Below are positions 12,647 to 26,200 of a DNA stretch of 64,000 nucleotides, in pieces. The DNA is from Lingula anatina (taxonomy: Eukaryota; Animalia; Brachiopoda): the NCBI GenBank assembly GCA_051362555.1, contig CM120648.1, forward strand, positions 6,196,587 through 6,260,586, in the 5' to 3' direction. Numbering within the stretch: position 1 is the stretch's first letter; each line of letters starts with the position of its first letter. Below the pieces are notes generated by a model. That model saw only the letters and a program-made list of their open reading frames with translations. It did not search any database and was not told the DNA's origin. A program made the translations under genes and the position numbers.

Positions 12647-15600
12647 TCACATCCTCGGGTAAAAGAACCATTTCTTCCTCAGTGTGGTGACTGGAGCCGG
12701 CATCTGTTTCTTGTTACATGCAGATTCATAGGCTGTCGCAACTTTGTTATTAACCTGGAATCACAGATAAAAGTGGATCTTTAAAAAACTGGAAAATGTA
12801 AGTGTAGAAGGCATACAGCTTTTTAAAAAAATACGTGAATTATGTGAATGATCCAAGGGGCATAAATGCAACACCCGTATATCTGAATTTTATGGAGAAA
12901 TCCGTAAGACTTACCTATGTATTAAATAAAAATATGTAACCTAAAATTTATGATTGCAATAGTAATTTAATAAGTAACCACTTGAGTCACCTTCTTACAA
13001 ATTTCAGGCATTCCAACTTTTCAAAAGAAAAACAAAGAATCACCTTTTCGAAGTTGCAAGCCTCAGGCCTCTACCCCCAACCTTTCAATCTTTCAAAAAA
13101 AAAACTTTTTTGATATTGCTTGCTTCAGGCCTGTAACCCCTCCTCATCCCTCTTTCCCCAAGATCAAAGTGTACTCACTACTGTCATCATGGAGAGGAGG
13201 TCCTCTTTGTGGGCATACTTGTACAACACCGTACATAATTCCTGGATGAACCAACTCCCGCGCTCAGAGTTCCTCCATGACACAAAGCCTGTGGAGAAAA
13301 TTAAAACAACTGCTGAAGCAAAAATCAACTAATATGCACATGAAATGAAACAAATCTCTTATAAAATATTCATAATATTTTTTTTCTTTTAAACTTAAAA
13401 TCATGTTTCACTCAGAAAATATGGACAAATTTACTTGAGAAATCAAACTAATCATAGATTACAAAGGAAGAATTTTCAAAAGTGCCAGATGTTGACATAA
13501 AATCTTTAAGGTTAATTGGAAAGAATTAAATATCCCTTGAAAATGTTTAAATGAAAACATTACTTTACAGTAATCAATTAGACTGACTTAAACGTCACAT
13601 TTTTAGTCAATTCAAAGCTATGTTTGTATAAAAATTCTCTACATTCACAATTTTCCATGTGCATAAGCCCAACCAAAATTCTATACAAAATTATAAGTTC
13701 ACATGTCTGCTTCACCCTAAATTTTTATCTCAGTTAAAGTATTCATTCATCTAGAACTGTACCTGTGCTAATATAAACACATTGTCTAAATTCATATTTT
13801 ATAATATACATCAGCAAATCCAGAATTTCTCTACCTGGCACTGTGGCATAGGCCACCAACATGTCTGCTCCTTCTGGAAGCTTATGTCTCAAATTCTCGG
13901 TATCTCGGAGATGCATTTCCTGCAGTTGCTCTAACATCGAGGGGCCAACTACATTCAGGCTGGTTCGAGTGGCTGGAACAGGCCCAGCATCTCTACCAGA
14001 GGGCGCTGTTTCTCCATCCGTTGTTTCAAACCCACGGTTGAAATTTTCTGAATATGTCAAATTGTTGAAAATCAATACTGGTGTAAGTATGTAAATCAAG
14101 CTACATGTACAGCTGTTTTTGAAAATATATTGCATTTTTTTAATGGAAAAATATGAGCATGAATAAAATGATTGTTGTCCATCTGGTGATAATGGCAAAA
14201 AAATTAAACTTATTTTGGTCAAATCAGACCTGATGAAGATATTACAAGTCATATCCAATTATGGCCATGGATAATACTTACTGCTGTACTTCTCAAAACA
14301 GATATCAATACAATAACTACTGATAAACATAAAATACCCCCAGAGTCAGTGGCACCATCTCTCTCTCTCTCATACTAGAATGGTTGACAAAGTATACTTA
14401 CTTCCTCTACAGGCCTGTATCACAAACAACTTTGGTTTGCCTCTAAGGGCAGGGCAGTGGGCTCCATCAAAAAATTTTATCAGTTTGTCAATTTCCACCG
14501 GTACACAGTCAGTGCCATATATAACGTTTTCCGATCCGTGACTGAGGAGAACCACTATGGTGGAATCTACATGTCTGTGACTGTCTCTTATAGAAAATCC
14601 TCTGATGGCATTTTCCATTTCCTGAAGCACCAGGTTAATAGTATGCAATAAGAAAAATATGATGAAAATTGATAAAAATTATTTGATGACAATTGGGTGG
14701 GCTGTCCTGTTTGCTGAATTTGTTGAGAAAATTGTAATAGTCATTTTTTTTTAAAACTGTGGCATTTCTTACACACCTTTGGAATATTACATTTTTGCTA
14801 TTTGCAAACATTTTTAAAATTACATTTAGAAATTCATATTAGTTAAAATCTGAGGTGAATATCTCTACAAATGCATAAATTATCATCTGTTCAACTTAAA
14901 AACACAAATTGAAATACAAAAAATATTGAATAAATAAAAAAATATATCACTGATAAAAAATTCCATACCCTTCCTTTCATATTGTCAAACACAGTGACAT
15001 CGTAATTTAAGGCTTTAAACACATTCTGCAGGTTGTCCCTGTCTACATCAGTCCCCAGTCGCTCCGTGAGCTGCGACCCATGAAAGTACCTGTTGTTGAT
15101 AATCAGGGCGTAGCCTCGTGGTTTTGATGTCATTTTATATATCTGAATAAAAATGATTGAGATAGCTTTTCACTATTTTCTATGAAGGACTGACCCTAAA
15201 AGGAACTACTCCTGTTTACATTATATGAAATTGAGTAGCTACAACAGTTAAAAGTATTGTAAGGGAAACAGTAATCTGACATAATGTGCTTCTGCTACTG
15301 ACATTTTGGCATAAAACGTCATGGGTTGATTCAATATGTGATTGGCTGTTTTTCCCACATAAGTAATTGCAAATTAAGGAGAGAAAGAAAAACAAAACAA
15401 ACAATATATTCTTTTAGTGCTCATTGCTAAAAGCAGTCAGATTAACAAGTTCAAATATTATAAATTAAAGTTAAATGTTTTTTACTTACAAACTCATCTT
15501 CTGGGTCATTTACGGGGAGTACTTCATTCTGTTGTAACTGGCCAGTAAACCTCTGCCTGGTCTGTGGTAAATCTAACAAAAAATAAAAAAAAAATATTTA

Positions 15601-17968
15601 AAAAAATAATAAAAACTCAAAAATTACACATACTGTGCTATTTAATAATAAGTTTTAACTTAAAATGAAGAAATATGGGAAGAGGTGTCATAAAATTATG
15701 AATAACAATTGATATAATTAAAATAAAATAATATACAGCATAATAATTTTTTTTTCATAATTCAAACCCAATCAAATATAGATAATAATATTCAGTTCAA
15801 GAGGTCAAGACTTCATCATCATCTACCTACATCACAGAGCAAAGCTATTTCTTACATCTTGGCAAAAAAAAAAAAAAAAAACAAACTTATTTTAAAAACC
15901 CTTTTGCAGAACAATAGCTTACTTTTCAAATCAACAACCTGTGCGGACTGTCCTGGAATAATGCCTCCTGGTGGCGCTGCAGCTGCCATGTTGACTGATC
16001 CCGAATAATAGGATGAGCCAGCATGATAGTGGTTCTGTGAACCTTCATTTTCGTCTACCACCATTTTTTCTTCTGAGTTCTGGCAAGACTGAGATTGACC
16101 TGGCTCCTGTTTCACACCTTGCATTAAACCACCTCCAGCGGGAAAAGTGTTGCTCTCATCTTCAGGCTGTGCCACGGGTCCACCGCCATGACTTATGATA
16201 TGTGGAACGTTTTGTTGCCCAGGCTGAGAAGCATTATTTGGATGTGGCTGAAAAGGGGAATTCTGAGGGGGCTGGAAAGGGCCATTATGAGGGGGCTGGA
16301 AAGGGGCATTCGTAGGGGGCTGGAAAGTGGCACTTTGTGGTGGCATGTTTCTGTAGTTTCTGTAAGTGGGGGCTGTATATGGACGCCCGTATCCATAATT
16401 AGTCTGTGGGGCATTTTGCTGTAACCTGGAAACAGTGAAAAAAGCAAATGAAGAAGAACCTGTATGAGATAAATATTAACACTCCTTTGTGAAAAGTCTT
16501 TAATCATTAAAGAAACATCAAGCTAAATAAATTTATGACAAGGTTACTGGTTAAAATATAATCATCAAGTACATGCTAGTATTCAAACAGAAACATTTAA
16601 ATCAAGTGATAAATTTGAGTCCCCAAGAAATATAAAAACTTTGGTAGTAAGGGAAAGGAAACTTTACATATGTGTATGTGATGTAATTTTTTTATAAAAG
16701 GAACTGTACAATACTATCTATGTTTGGTGTAAAATTATTGTTCAACTGAGTTGAAATGCTTCACTACTACTTATATTACTGGGTATTTCAAAGACGTCAA
16801 CAAGACTACATTCGTGTAGCAGGGAAAATAGGGCTGTTTTTTATTGACCAAGGCACATTTGTGGTTCGGGATGATGGCCAGGGCCAGGGTAAGAGGGGGA
16901 GATGAAAAATGAAATAATGCAGTTTGATGGGTGTGTGCATGAGTTTTACAGAGTTAAGTACAGTGTTGTTGTAGGTTTAATTCTTAGTGTAACTTAATAA
17001 CTGCCCATGACAAAAGCCATTTACAAGCCATCTCTCAATGTGAAAGTGATTCATTGTCATCTACTTGCTGGCTCTCAATATGAAAGTGACCCTTGGTTTT
17101 TAACCCAGTATCTCTCATTGTAAACAAATAAATATAAGACCACTGAAGTCACTATACTGTCACTTACTGTGTCACCGTATCCTGTATGGCATCTGCCAAG
17201 TGTTTCTGTCCGCTATGTACCAGACACTGCACAAACAGCGGAAATGCCTCAGGCCCTCTGCGGGGCAAGTCTGACAGCAACTGCTGCACTTTCTGGAGGC
17301 GTGTGCGGTGAGACTGGAATTGACAACCAATTATTAGGGACCATTCCCAATGAAACTTTGAGTTTATGTTGATCGAACCAACTCTGGAGAGACTTTCCCT
17401 AAGTGCAATCAGGTTAACAGATAAACACACCCACTCCTATCATGGAGTAGAATACAGAAAAACTGGTGAGTATACGAATATGTTGGTAACAAGAGGAGGT
17501 GTGTTTATCTGTTGCACTGATTGCATTCAGCAAGAGATTCCACAGAGTTGGATTGATCTACCAGTACTAGTATGTTGATTCATGGTGTCTATGGGAATAG
17601 GCCCTAAAAGTAAGAGAACCTTGGGATCCCTATAGGGCAGATCTTTTAAGAAATTATATACTTTCTGAAACTAAATATGATGAATACAAAACTGATGGTT
17701 ATTTTCTTTCTTTCTTCTTTTTTTTTTTTCACAGAAGATTAGTGCAATATATTACCGCCTTTTTTCACACAAAAAAATCTTTCTCACAACTTCTTTCAAG
17801 TGATAAAGCAGTGTGTGTGTGTGTGTGTGAACTTACCGCGACACAATCTATCATGTGATCAGTAAACAGCCCACAATCTACCAAATGTGGCAGTATTTCA
17901 TCAACTAATAGATCATTGGTCAACTTCACACGGTTTTTACGTAGCGCTTCTTTTTGTAAGGGATCCAT
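12647..17968 (-). CDS. CARD-containing initiator caspase (caspase-2/9-like); exons ~17968-17837, 17313-17168, 16424-15922, 15571-15490, 15142-14969, 14622-14402, 14047-13835, 13288-13179, 12754-12647
   Basis: CARD (MDPLQKEALRKNRVKL...LPRRGPEAFPLFVQCL). p20 with PRGYALIINN, LLSHG and KPKLFVIQACRG. p10 with [29 protein letters not shown]...KQMPAPVTTLRKKWFFYPRM*. CARD and QACRG resemble caspase-2, p10 resembles caspase-9, so orthology is not assigned. Confidence 0.93.
17337..17604. mobile_element. Degenerate Harbinger-like foldback MITE (related copies at ~45182-45448 and ~63535-63612)
   Basis: Ends GGGACCATTCCCAATGAAAC / GTGTCTATGGGAATAGGCCC flanked by TTA/TAA. The subterminal ATTGCATTCAGCAAGAG...GAGTTGG motif is shared with the other copies. 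Confidence 0.6.
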
Positions 17969-18668
17969 TGCATGACGAGCTGAAATATGAAGTATCTCAA
18001 TGCTGTTAGGAATTAAATCTCAATGTCAAATGTAGTATGATTTAAAGATATACATTTGTATATCTTTAAATGTATGATATAAAGATATACAAATGTGAAA
18101 ATACACACAGCTCCATCCCTGCATCTTGACTCTGCCACACCAATATGTCTCCCATGCCATTACTTTTCTGCTATATAAAAAAAAAAAAAAATTGACAGTT
18201 TTGTCAGTTACAAGCTAACTGCAAGAAATTATGACTTAAAAAAGTATCAGTAAAATTCACAATTTTCCCCACTGAAAAGATTGAGTATTTTAATACTGTT
18301 AAAACAGTACAACTACATAAAATGAAACAAAATGATATGACATTCTCTCCCCCAAACTGCTGTTTAGAATATGATTAATTTCTTAGTGCAGCACTGCGTA
18401 GTATCCTTGAATCTTGATCTGCGTAGTATCAAAGATTTATGCGTACCGTTAATTTTCAAAGTCAAAGATGTTACATTATACTAGTACCAGTAACTGAATA
18501 TATCTCACGTTACCTGTTCTGGTGAGTCTTTGATGAAATGCTGGCATTTCTTCTACTGACCTTCACAAGTTACATGACGATCAAATACCTTTCGTGATTG
18601 AGCATTGCAAATTTTCTGACGACAAATTTAGGTGGGCCACCGGTAACAACTGAAAGGTGGAAATTTTA

Positions 18669-18720
18669 GGGGAATCCCCTACAAAGATGTCGTCTTGTTT
18701 CCGTGGTTAGGTCATGTGAC
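18669..18720. promoter_or_regulatory. NF-kB consensus site plus M-box/CLEAR-like E-box in the caspase/PUS3 divergent promoter
   Basis: GGGGAATCCCC (18669-18679) and GTCATGTGAC (18711-18720), lying between two minus-strand donor sites (18514/18513 and 18740/18739) upstream of the caspase ATG exon. Confidence 0.45.
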
Positions 18721-18960
18721 TTAACTTATTTAAACTTACCTCAGCCCCTTCACTCTCGTTTTAATAAAATGGCCCCATTTCAGAGACTCTCAACACTTTT
18801 ATTCGCCCGAGTGACCCTATCGGGTTGAAAATATATCTGTATCGTACTTCCCTGGATGTTTTTCGCTTCGTCTCTCGAGAAAAGATGGCTAAATGAGTTC
18901 CGATACTGTATCGGCTACAATTATTTTGCCCATTTCACACGCTGTTTCCACGTGAAAATA

Positions 18961-20515
18961 ATGGACGATCAAAATAAAACTTTAGAGGCAAAATCGAAAG
19001 AGGTAGGGGGCAAATATAAATCAAATTGAGATGTGTAATAGCCAGGGATATTGCGACTAAAAGTCTTTGATTCTGGAGGTGCAAGTTCCTGGATTTTGGT
19101 TCTGTAGAATGTTAAATTGTAGTGAAAGTAGGCAAAACCGTGTAGACAGGCTGTCAGGAACTTGCCTCAGTTTTCGGCCTTACAAGCTCACGGTACCCTT
19201 ACCAGCAGTAAGCAGTAAGGGTACCTTGAGCTTGTAAGGCCGAAAACTGAGGCAAGTCAGGAACCACAGTATAGAAAAAAGTGTAATTAGTACTTTTAAA
19301 ACTTTCATACATGTTGTTGTATTAACTCAATCAGAGGAAGTCATTGTTTAAAATTCATACATTAAGCCATGTTGTATAAATAGCTTAAGGTAATACTTCA
19401 CACCTTGCAGGTCAAATTTTAATGTCCTTTGTTTTGAAGCCAGTAATCTGATAGAGCTTGATTACAGGGAGTTCTTAACGGTGACCACCATGTGGACATG
19501 GACTTGTGTATGAAGTAACCAATCAGTTTTTAAGTTATGTGATGGACAATTTAACTTATAAAGTTTAGCATAAAAACCTGTAAACTTAAATCTAGAGAGG
19601 AGGAGTAAGATGTGGAATAGAGACTGGATAGAAGAGATAGGGGAGGAGAGAGAGGTCATGCTTGTACCATGTAACTTTTAGTGTAGTAATTTAAGGGGCC
19701 CGCACACGATGAGCATTTGGCGTGCGCCACTTGCGCTGAGCCATTTTCTCATTGTGTGCGGGGCTATTTTGGTGAGATTTTTGCCTCGCGCGCGGCTGAG
19801 CAAAATATCTCACGTGTTTGATATTTTTGGTCTCTTGAGGCAAATGTCTCAGCGTGTTCGGGGTGCAAGCGCCGATTGCTCACGCCATTTTAACAATGCG
19901 CATGTGCCAGTAGCCGGAAACAAACCAAAATGGCAGCCTCCAGCGAAGTAAACAAAAGTGTACACAGTTATAGTTAGTCTGATTGATTATCGTGGTTACC
20001 ATTTGCCATTACTTTCAGAAAAAAAATAAATATGTAATGTTTCCTTAATCACATGATCCCACAGTTCACGGTGCGTCCGATAGGGGCAGGCCGGGAGGCA
20101 TCTCTGCTGAGCAAAGAGCGCATCGTTTGCGGGGAGCTGAGGAGCGCGAGCATCTGGCGCAGCGCAAGTGGCGCGCGCCGAATGCTCACCATGTGCGGGC
20201 CCCTTAAAATATATTCTGTTGAAGTTACAACATGGAGTCGTTTCATTCCATTCTGTGTGCAGAATTTAAGACATGGAACCTGGGAATCTATGTTGCAGTA
20301 TTACAGATAGCGTTATCCAAAGATGTAAGCCCATTGAGTCCAAACCCCTAGGGTTATATCATAAAAAGTTATTTACTGTAATGTGGGGGCCCCGGGATGG
20401 TCTTAAGGGGGTTCCGCACAAGGCATCTCCTCATATAAATTAACTTAATTACTACTACTACTACTCGTGAGAATGAATGAAAATCAGCCACAGCATGTTG
20501 CATCACTGCGGATTT

Positions 20516-20554
<39 letters not shown>

Positions 20555-22596
20555 TTCACTAATTTTCATCATTTTAAATATTTTATTCAGGAGTTAGTTT
20601 CGCAGATTCAACAACTGCAAGCCCATGTGACGCAGCTGAAGAACATCATTGCCAGGGACCGCGCTGAGGGGAAAGCCAAGGAGAGGAGGAAGCAACAGAG
20701 ACCATTTGACTTCACAAAGTATGTGCTTTTAAAGGCCCGCAGTCAGAGCCTCAGTTTTAAGCCTTTTGAGCTATGTAGGTAGGGTGTCCCTAAATTGCGC
20801 AATACTGTGCAGCACAGTGCAATTTAGGGACATCGCAAAACACTTGAAAAAACAAGCTCAGTTGCAAATTAACATGGGAAAAGGTCATTTCAAACAAAAT
20901 AGCATGATAGAAAAATAATTAATATTGTTGGTACAAGCAGCACAAATAGTTATTCCCTTCTAGTTGTTACCCAGATTCAGCACATTATTGAACATTGAGT
21001 CCATTTGATGTTCAATTTCTTTCCAGGTACAACACTAGGCATGTGGCACTGAAGATCGCCTATCTTGGCTGGGACTATCATGGGTTTGCTGTACAGGAAG
21101 ACACAGACAAGACAATAGAGGCAGCACTGTTTGATGCCCTCATCAAGACAAGACTAATTGAATCTAGGTGAGATGAAAGTATATAGTATAAATATTTCAC
21201 TCCTCAGTGTGATACAATAGTTTGCATATTAGTTTTAAAAGGATAATGGTAATAAGTAAATAACACTGAGGAGCGATGCAGTTTTCTGTGGTGTTTAAAC
21301 AGTTATAATGGCATTTCAGGGCCACCTCTTGTTATCACAGATGTGGGAGAACAGACAAGGGTGTCAGTGCTCTGGGACAGGTGAGGATAGTATGTTATTG
21401 TATGATGTGACCTTTTCAGAACCACTCATTACTCATGCCACTTTGGTAGAACTAAAGGAGGGGAGGTTGGGGAATGGATTTTTGTGTGGGAGGGGGTAAG
21501 GATTTTTTGAGGGGGTTACAAGATTTTCTGGGGGGGTTGAAATGGCATATGTATAAGGATCATGCCTTTATGGTCATAGTAATTTTTCCCTCTGAAACAA
21601 TTTTCCCATTATAATTATTTTCATGTCATCTTCAAAACAGAAAGAGTGAAAAATAAACAGTTGCTGATAATGTTAAATGCTTTGTTACAGGTGATATCAA
21701 TAGATCTGAGGACAAACTTATTGGAAGGTGTAGGGGTGAAGGTCAGGGAAAATGGAACTGCGCACCTACGGCCAGGTGAAATGTTTTCTGCAATACTTAC
21801 ACTAACTAATGTGTGTTAATGTTTGCTTAGTTTCCAAGTTAAACTTCTACTCTTCTGGTTATTAAAGAATTGTATATAAGAGTACCCCGGGTACTAGTTA
21901 TCCCAGTATTATAAATTTGGACTGAAATAATTTTTGAAAACTTTTGCTCATTTAATTACATTGCTACTTATGATTTAGCATTTCTGTTTATAGTCTGTAT
22001 ATATTGCCAGCTTTGCTGTAAAGTTCATCTCTGCATTCTATCACACTGTTTGTAGGAGACAAGGTCACTGAGATTCGCTATGTTCATATTCTTAACAAAG
22101 TCCTTCCCCTGGAGCTGAGGGTGCTGGCATGGACACCTGTAGATCCCGAGTTCAGTGCAAGGTATGTCACACCTAACGCATTTTCTTGTGCAGCACACCT
22201 AACACATTCTTGTCCACACCTTATATACTTTTGTATAGCACACTTTAAATAATTTAACATTCATTATGTGGAAAAGCAACAAATAGGCCATTTCAGGGCC
22301 AAAAATATGTTTGAATTCTGCAGGTCTGATATGATATTTTGTAGTATAAATCATAAAAATGGCCAATACACTGTTTTTAGTCACTTTCCTTGGTGTCCTT
22401 AGCAACAAAATGCTTTTTTCTAGATATCAGTCTTCAAAGGAAAAAATATGTAATTTAAACTGTGCTTGTATTCATACCTTTAACACTTCATTTTAAAATG
22501 ATTTGCCAGAAGAAAAATATACATATATATATATATAATTTACAGATATTTTGGTATCAGCTGTACATGAATTTGCTTTAAGGATGCATTAATTTA

Positions 22597-22663
<67 letters not shown>

Positions 22664-23179
22664 TATAGCTAAGCACTGGCTTAACTTGCTTTGGTTAATC
22701 ATATTAAACACGTGGAGCTGATCTTTTACTGTGCCCTGTTTATTCAACTAGGTTCAGTTGTTTACAAAGGACGTACAAGTATATGTTTCCTAGAGGAGAT
22801 GCTGATATCCAGGTGAGGGTCATTGTCTTTGTTAATTTGTATCTGTTGACATATATACAGTGTGATGTTAACTCTGGTCCCACACCATATACAGAAATAC
22901 AGAGGCCAGCCTATTAAAGTTCAGTGAGTCTGTTCAGTCACTCGCCATAGTAGATTCATAATTCATAGAACCTGGTGGCCTGAAAGGCTTCTAGGGTAAA
23001 AAAAGTTTTTCTCTAAAATGTACCTAGAAGTATACATGTTTTATAAATTTTAAGCTTTCAGACTGCTTGTAGAAAAGTAAGATATCTTTTTAAAATGACA
23101 TCAAAAGATATCAATATTGTGATGAAGTATTTTAAATGGTTAACTGTTCCAAACTCTTTTTTATATTATTTTATATTTT

Positions 23180-23227
<48 letters not shown>

Positions 23228-26200
23228 AACCTTATTTCTTTATTTGTATTAACCTTTATTTATTTTAATCATTAGCTAATGAATGAGGCCGCTGGTAAAT
23301 TGATCGGTGAACATGACTATCGTAACTTGTGTAAAATGGACGTGGGCAATGGCGTGGTGAATTACATCAGGAGAATAATATCTACACAGGTGAAGCCACT
23401 TGATAGCAGGTGAGGCAGTTATTATTAATGTTATTGTTACAACAGCAGCAACAAGTTATCTATTCTTTTTTTTCCATACTGTTGCTCATTGTTGTACTGT
23501 TAATGGTATTTTATGCTGTTCTAATGTAATTACTGAACATTGCACTGGGATTATTGTACCACCAGCGTTAGCGCTGGCCGTACACATGGTTTCGGTCCTG
23601 TCCGGATCGTTCCGCCGGCTCCGCCGGCTCCGTTGGCTCCGCCGGCTCCGCCGGACGGCTACCGTTACCGCTTCTCCTCCTAGACGGTAAGGGCCCCCGT
23701 ACCCATCTCATGGATTTAGGTCACCTATAATCTCAACTCGTTCCACGTAAAATTTGGGCTTTGTCGGTATTGGGGTCTGGGTGTGGCACTCATTGCAATG
23801 CACCCTTGTCTAAAAATGGCAAAATTAAATGCTAATTATCTACCCTACGGAAGGAGTTATGGGAAAAATTTCTATAGACGGCTTTCCAAAAGTCATATGT
23901 GTAGATTTCAAATATACCCTTGGATTTGACCTTTGACCTTTACTCCAAGGTCAAATGGGCCAAAATTTTCAAAAAAATGAAATTTTTTACGAAAAAATTT
24001 TTTTTTGCCCTGTTATTCAGACACCACACAGACTTAACCAATAATATTATTGGAAGGTGTTACCCTTCAGGTCATCTTTCATCTCCATGAATTTGGGGTC
24101 AATCGGTGCATTTTCACGGGAGAAGCGGCCATAAGATACCGAAACTGAAAACTGTCTCTAATTCGGGAACCGTTAATGCTAGAGACCCATTCTTTTTTGC
24201 ATTTTGTAGAGCATGTAAAGCCCAACACTGGAGGTGGTCTCGGTTTTTTTGTATTCCATACGGTTTTCGAGTTACGCTGTATCAAAAAGTACATATTGGT
24301 GGTAAAAGCAAAATGTGCAGTACGGTAATGGATAATAAATTTTGAACTCTGGAAAAATAAAACATAAGGCTTGGCAAAGCAGACAACTTGTGTTCAAAAA
24401 TGACATTATTTCATCAAATTTGAACTTCTGGAACTTCAGAGCACCTCCTTTTTCAAGAATTTTGACCAAAATGACATTTTCTTTATTTTAATTAATTTTT
24501 TCTGTACGAAATTTAAGGCACATTATGGTAACTCCAAAATTATAACATTTAGTCCCTTATATCTCCAAAACTGGCAGAGATAGGACCATAGTTACTATTG
24601 AAGTTGAATAGGAAGTCATATACTGGCAATCTTACTATGACCTTGAAAGTGACCTTTGACCTACTTTTCACCATGAACTGAACTTTGCAAATTTTTCTTC
24701 CCTTTTATCTCCAAAACTGGCAGAGATAGGTCCATAGTTACTATTGAAGTTGAATAGGAAGTCATATACTGGCAATCTTACTATGACCTTGAAAGTGACC
24801 TTTGACCTACTTTTCACCATGAACTGAACTTTGCAAATTTTTCTTCCCTTTTATCTCCAAAACTGGCAGAGATAGGTCCATAGTTACTATTGAACTTGAA
24901 TAGGAAGTCATATACTGGCAATCTAAATGTGACCTTAAAATTGACCTTTGACCTACTTTACACCATGAACTGAATTTTGCAAATTTTGCTTTCCTTTTAT
25001 CTCCAAAACTGGCTGAGATAGGTCCGTAGTTACTATTGAACTTGAATAGGAAGTCATATACTGGCAATCTAAATGTGACCTCAAAATTGACCTTTGACCT
25101 ACTTTACACCATGAACTGAATTTTGCAAATTTTGCTTTCCTTTTATCTCCAAAACTGGCAGAGATAGGTCCATAGTTACTATTGAACTTGAATAGGAAGT
25201 CATATACTGGCAATCTAAATGTGACCTTGAAATTGACCTTTGACCTACTTTTCACCATGAACTGAATTTTGCAAATTTTGCTTCCCTTTTATCTCCAAAA
25301 CTGGCCTAGATAGGTCCATAGTTACTATTGAACTTGAATAGGAAGTCATATACTGGCAATCTAAATGTGACCTTGAAATTGACCTTTGACCTACTTTTCA
25401 CCATGAACTGAACTTTGCAAATTTTGCTTTCCTTTTATCTCCAAAACTGGCAGAGATAGGTCCATAGTTACTATTGAACTTGAAAAGGAAGTCATATACT
25501 GGCAATCTAAATGTGACCTTAAAATTGACCTTTGACCTACTTTACACCATAAACTGAATTTTGCAAATTTTGCTTTCCTTTTATCTCCAAAACTGGCTGA
25601 GATAGGTCCGTAGTTACTATTGAACTTGAAAAGGAAGTCATATACTGGCAATCTAAATGTGACCTTAAAATTGACCTTTGACCTACTTTACACCATAAAC
25701 TGAATTTTGCAAATTTTGCTTTCCTTTTATCTCCAAAACTGGCTGAGATAGGTCCGTAGTTACTATTGAACTTGAATAGCAAGTCATATACTGGCAATCT
25801 AAATGTGACCTTGAAATTGACCTTTGACCTACTTTTTATCATGAACTGAACTCTGCTAATTTCTTTCTCTTTTAACTTCAAACTTGACAGAGATAGGTCC
25901 ATAGTAACTATTGAACTTGAATGGGAAGTCATATACTGGCAATTTACTGTGACCTTGAAATTGACCCTTGACCTACCTTACGAAGAACTTAAATTTGATT
26001 GTACCATATATATTTTTTGCAATAGTTTAAAAATTCTTGTTGATTGCATTTTTACAGCTTGTCAAGCACAAAACTGGTGGCTGTGTCCCTTATTTTGTGT
26101 ATGTGGGGGTCTATACGAATGCGCTTGCTCCAGCTGGTGGTACAATATTCGGAGGCGGTATCGCCTCTCTGATCCTCTAGTTACATTTTGTATTGTTACT

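Noticed and set aside
24495-25975. 146-bp array as a CRISPR array or as repeated small ORFs (MPVYDFLFKF...)
   Set aside because: Head-to-tail units with no unique spacers and no cas genes. The unit length is not a multiple of 3, and it lies inside a TE in a eukaryotic intron.
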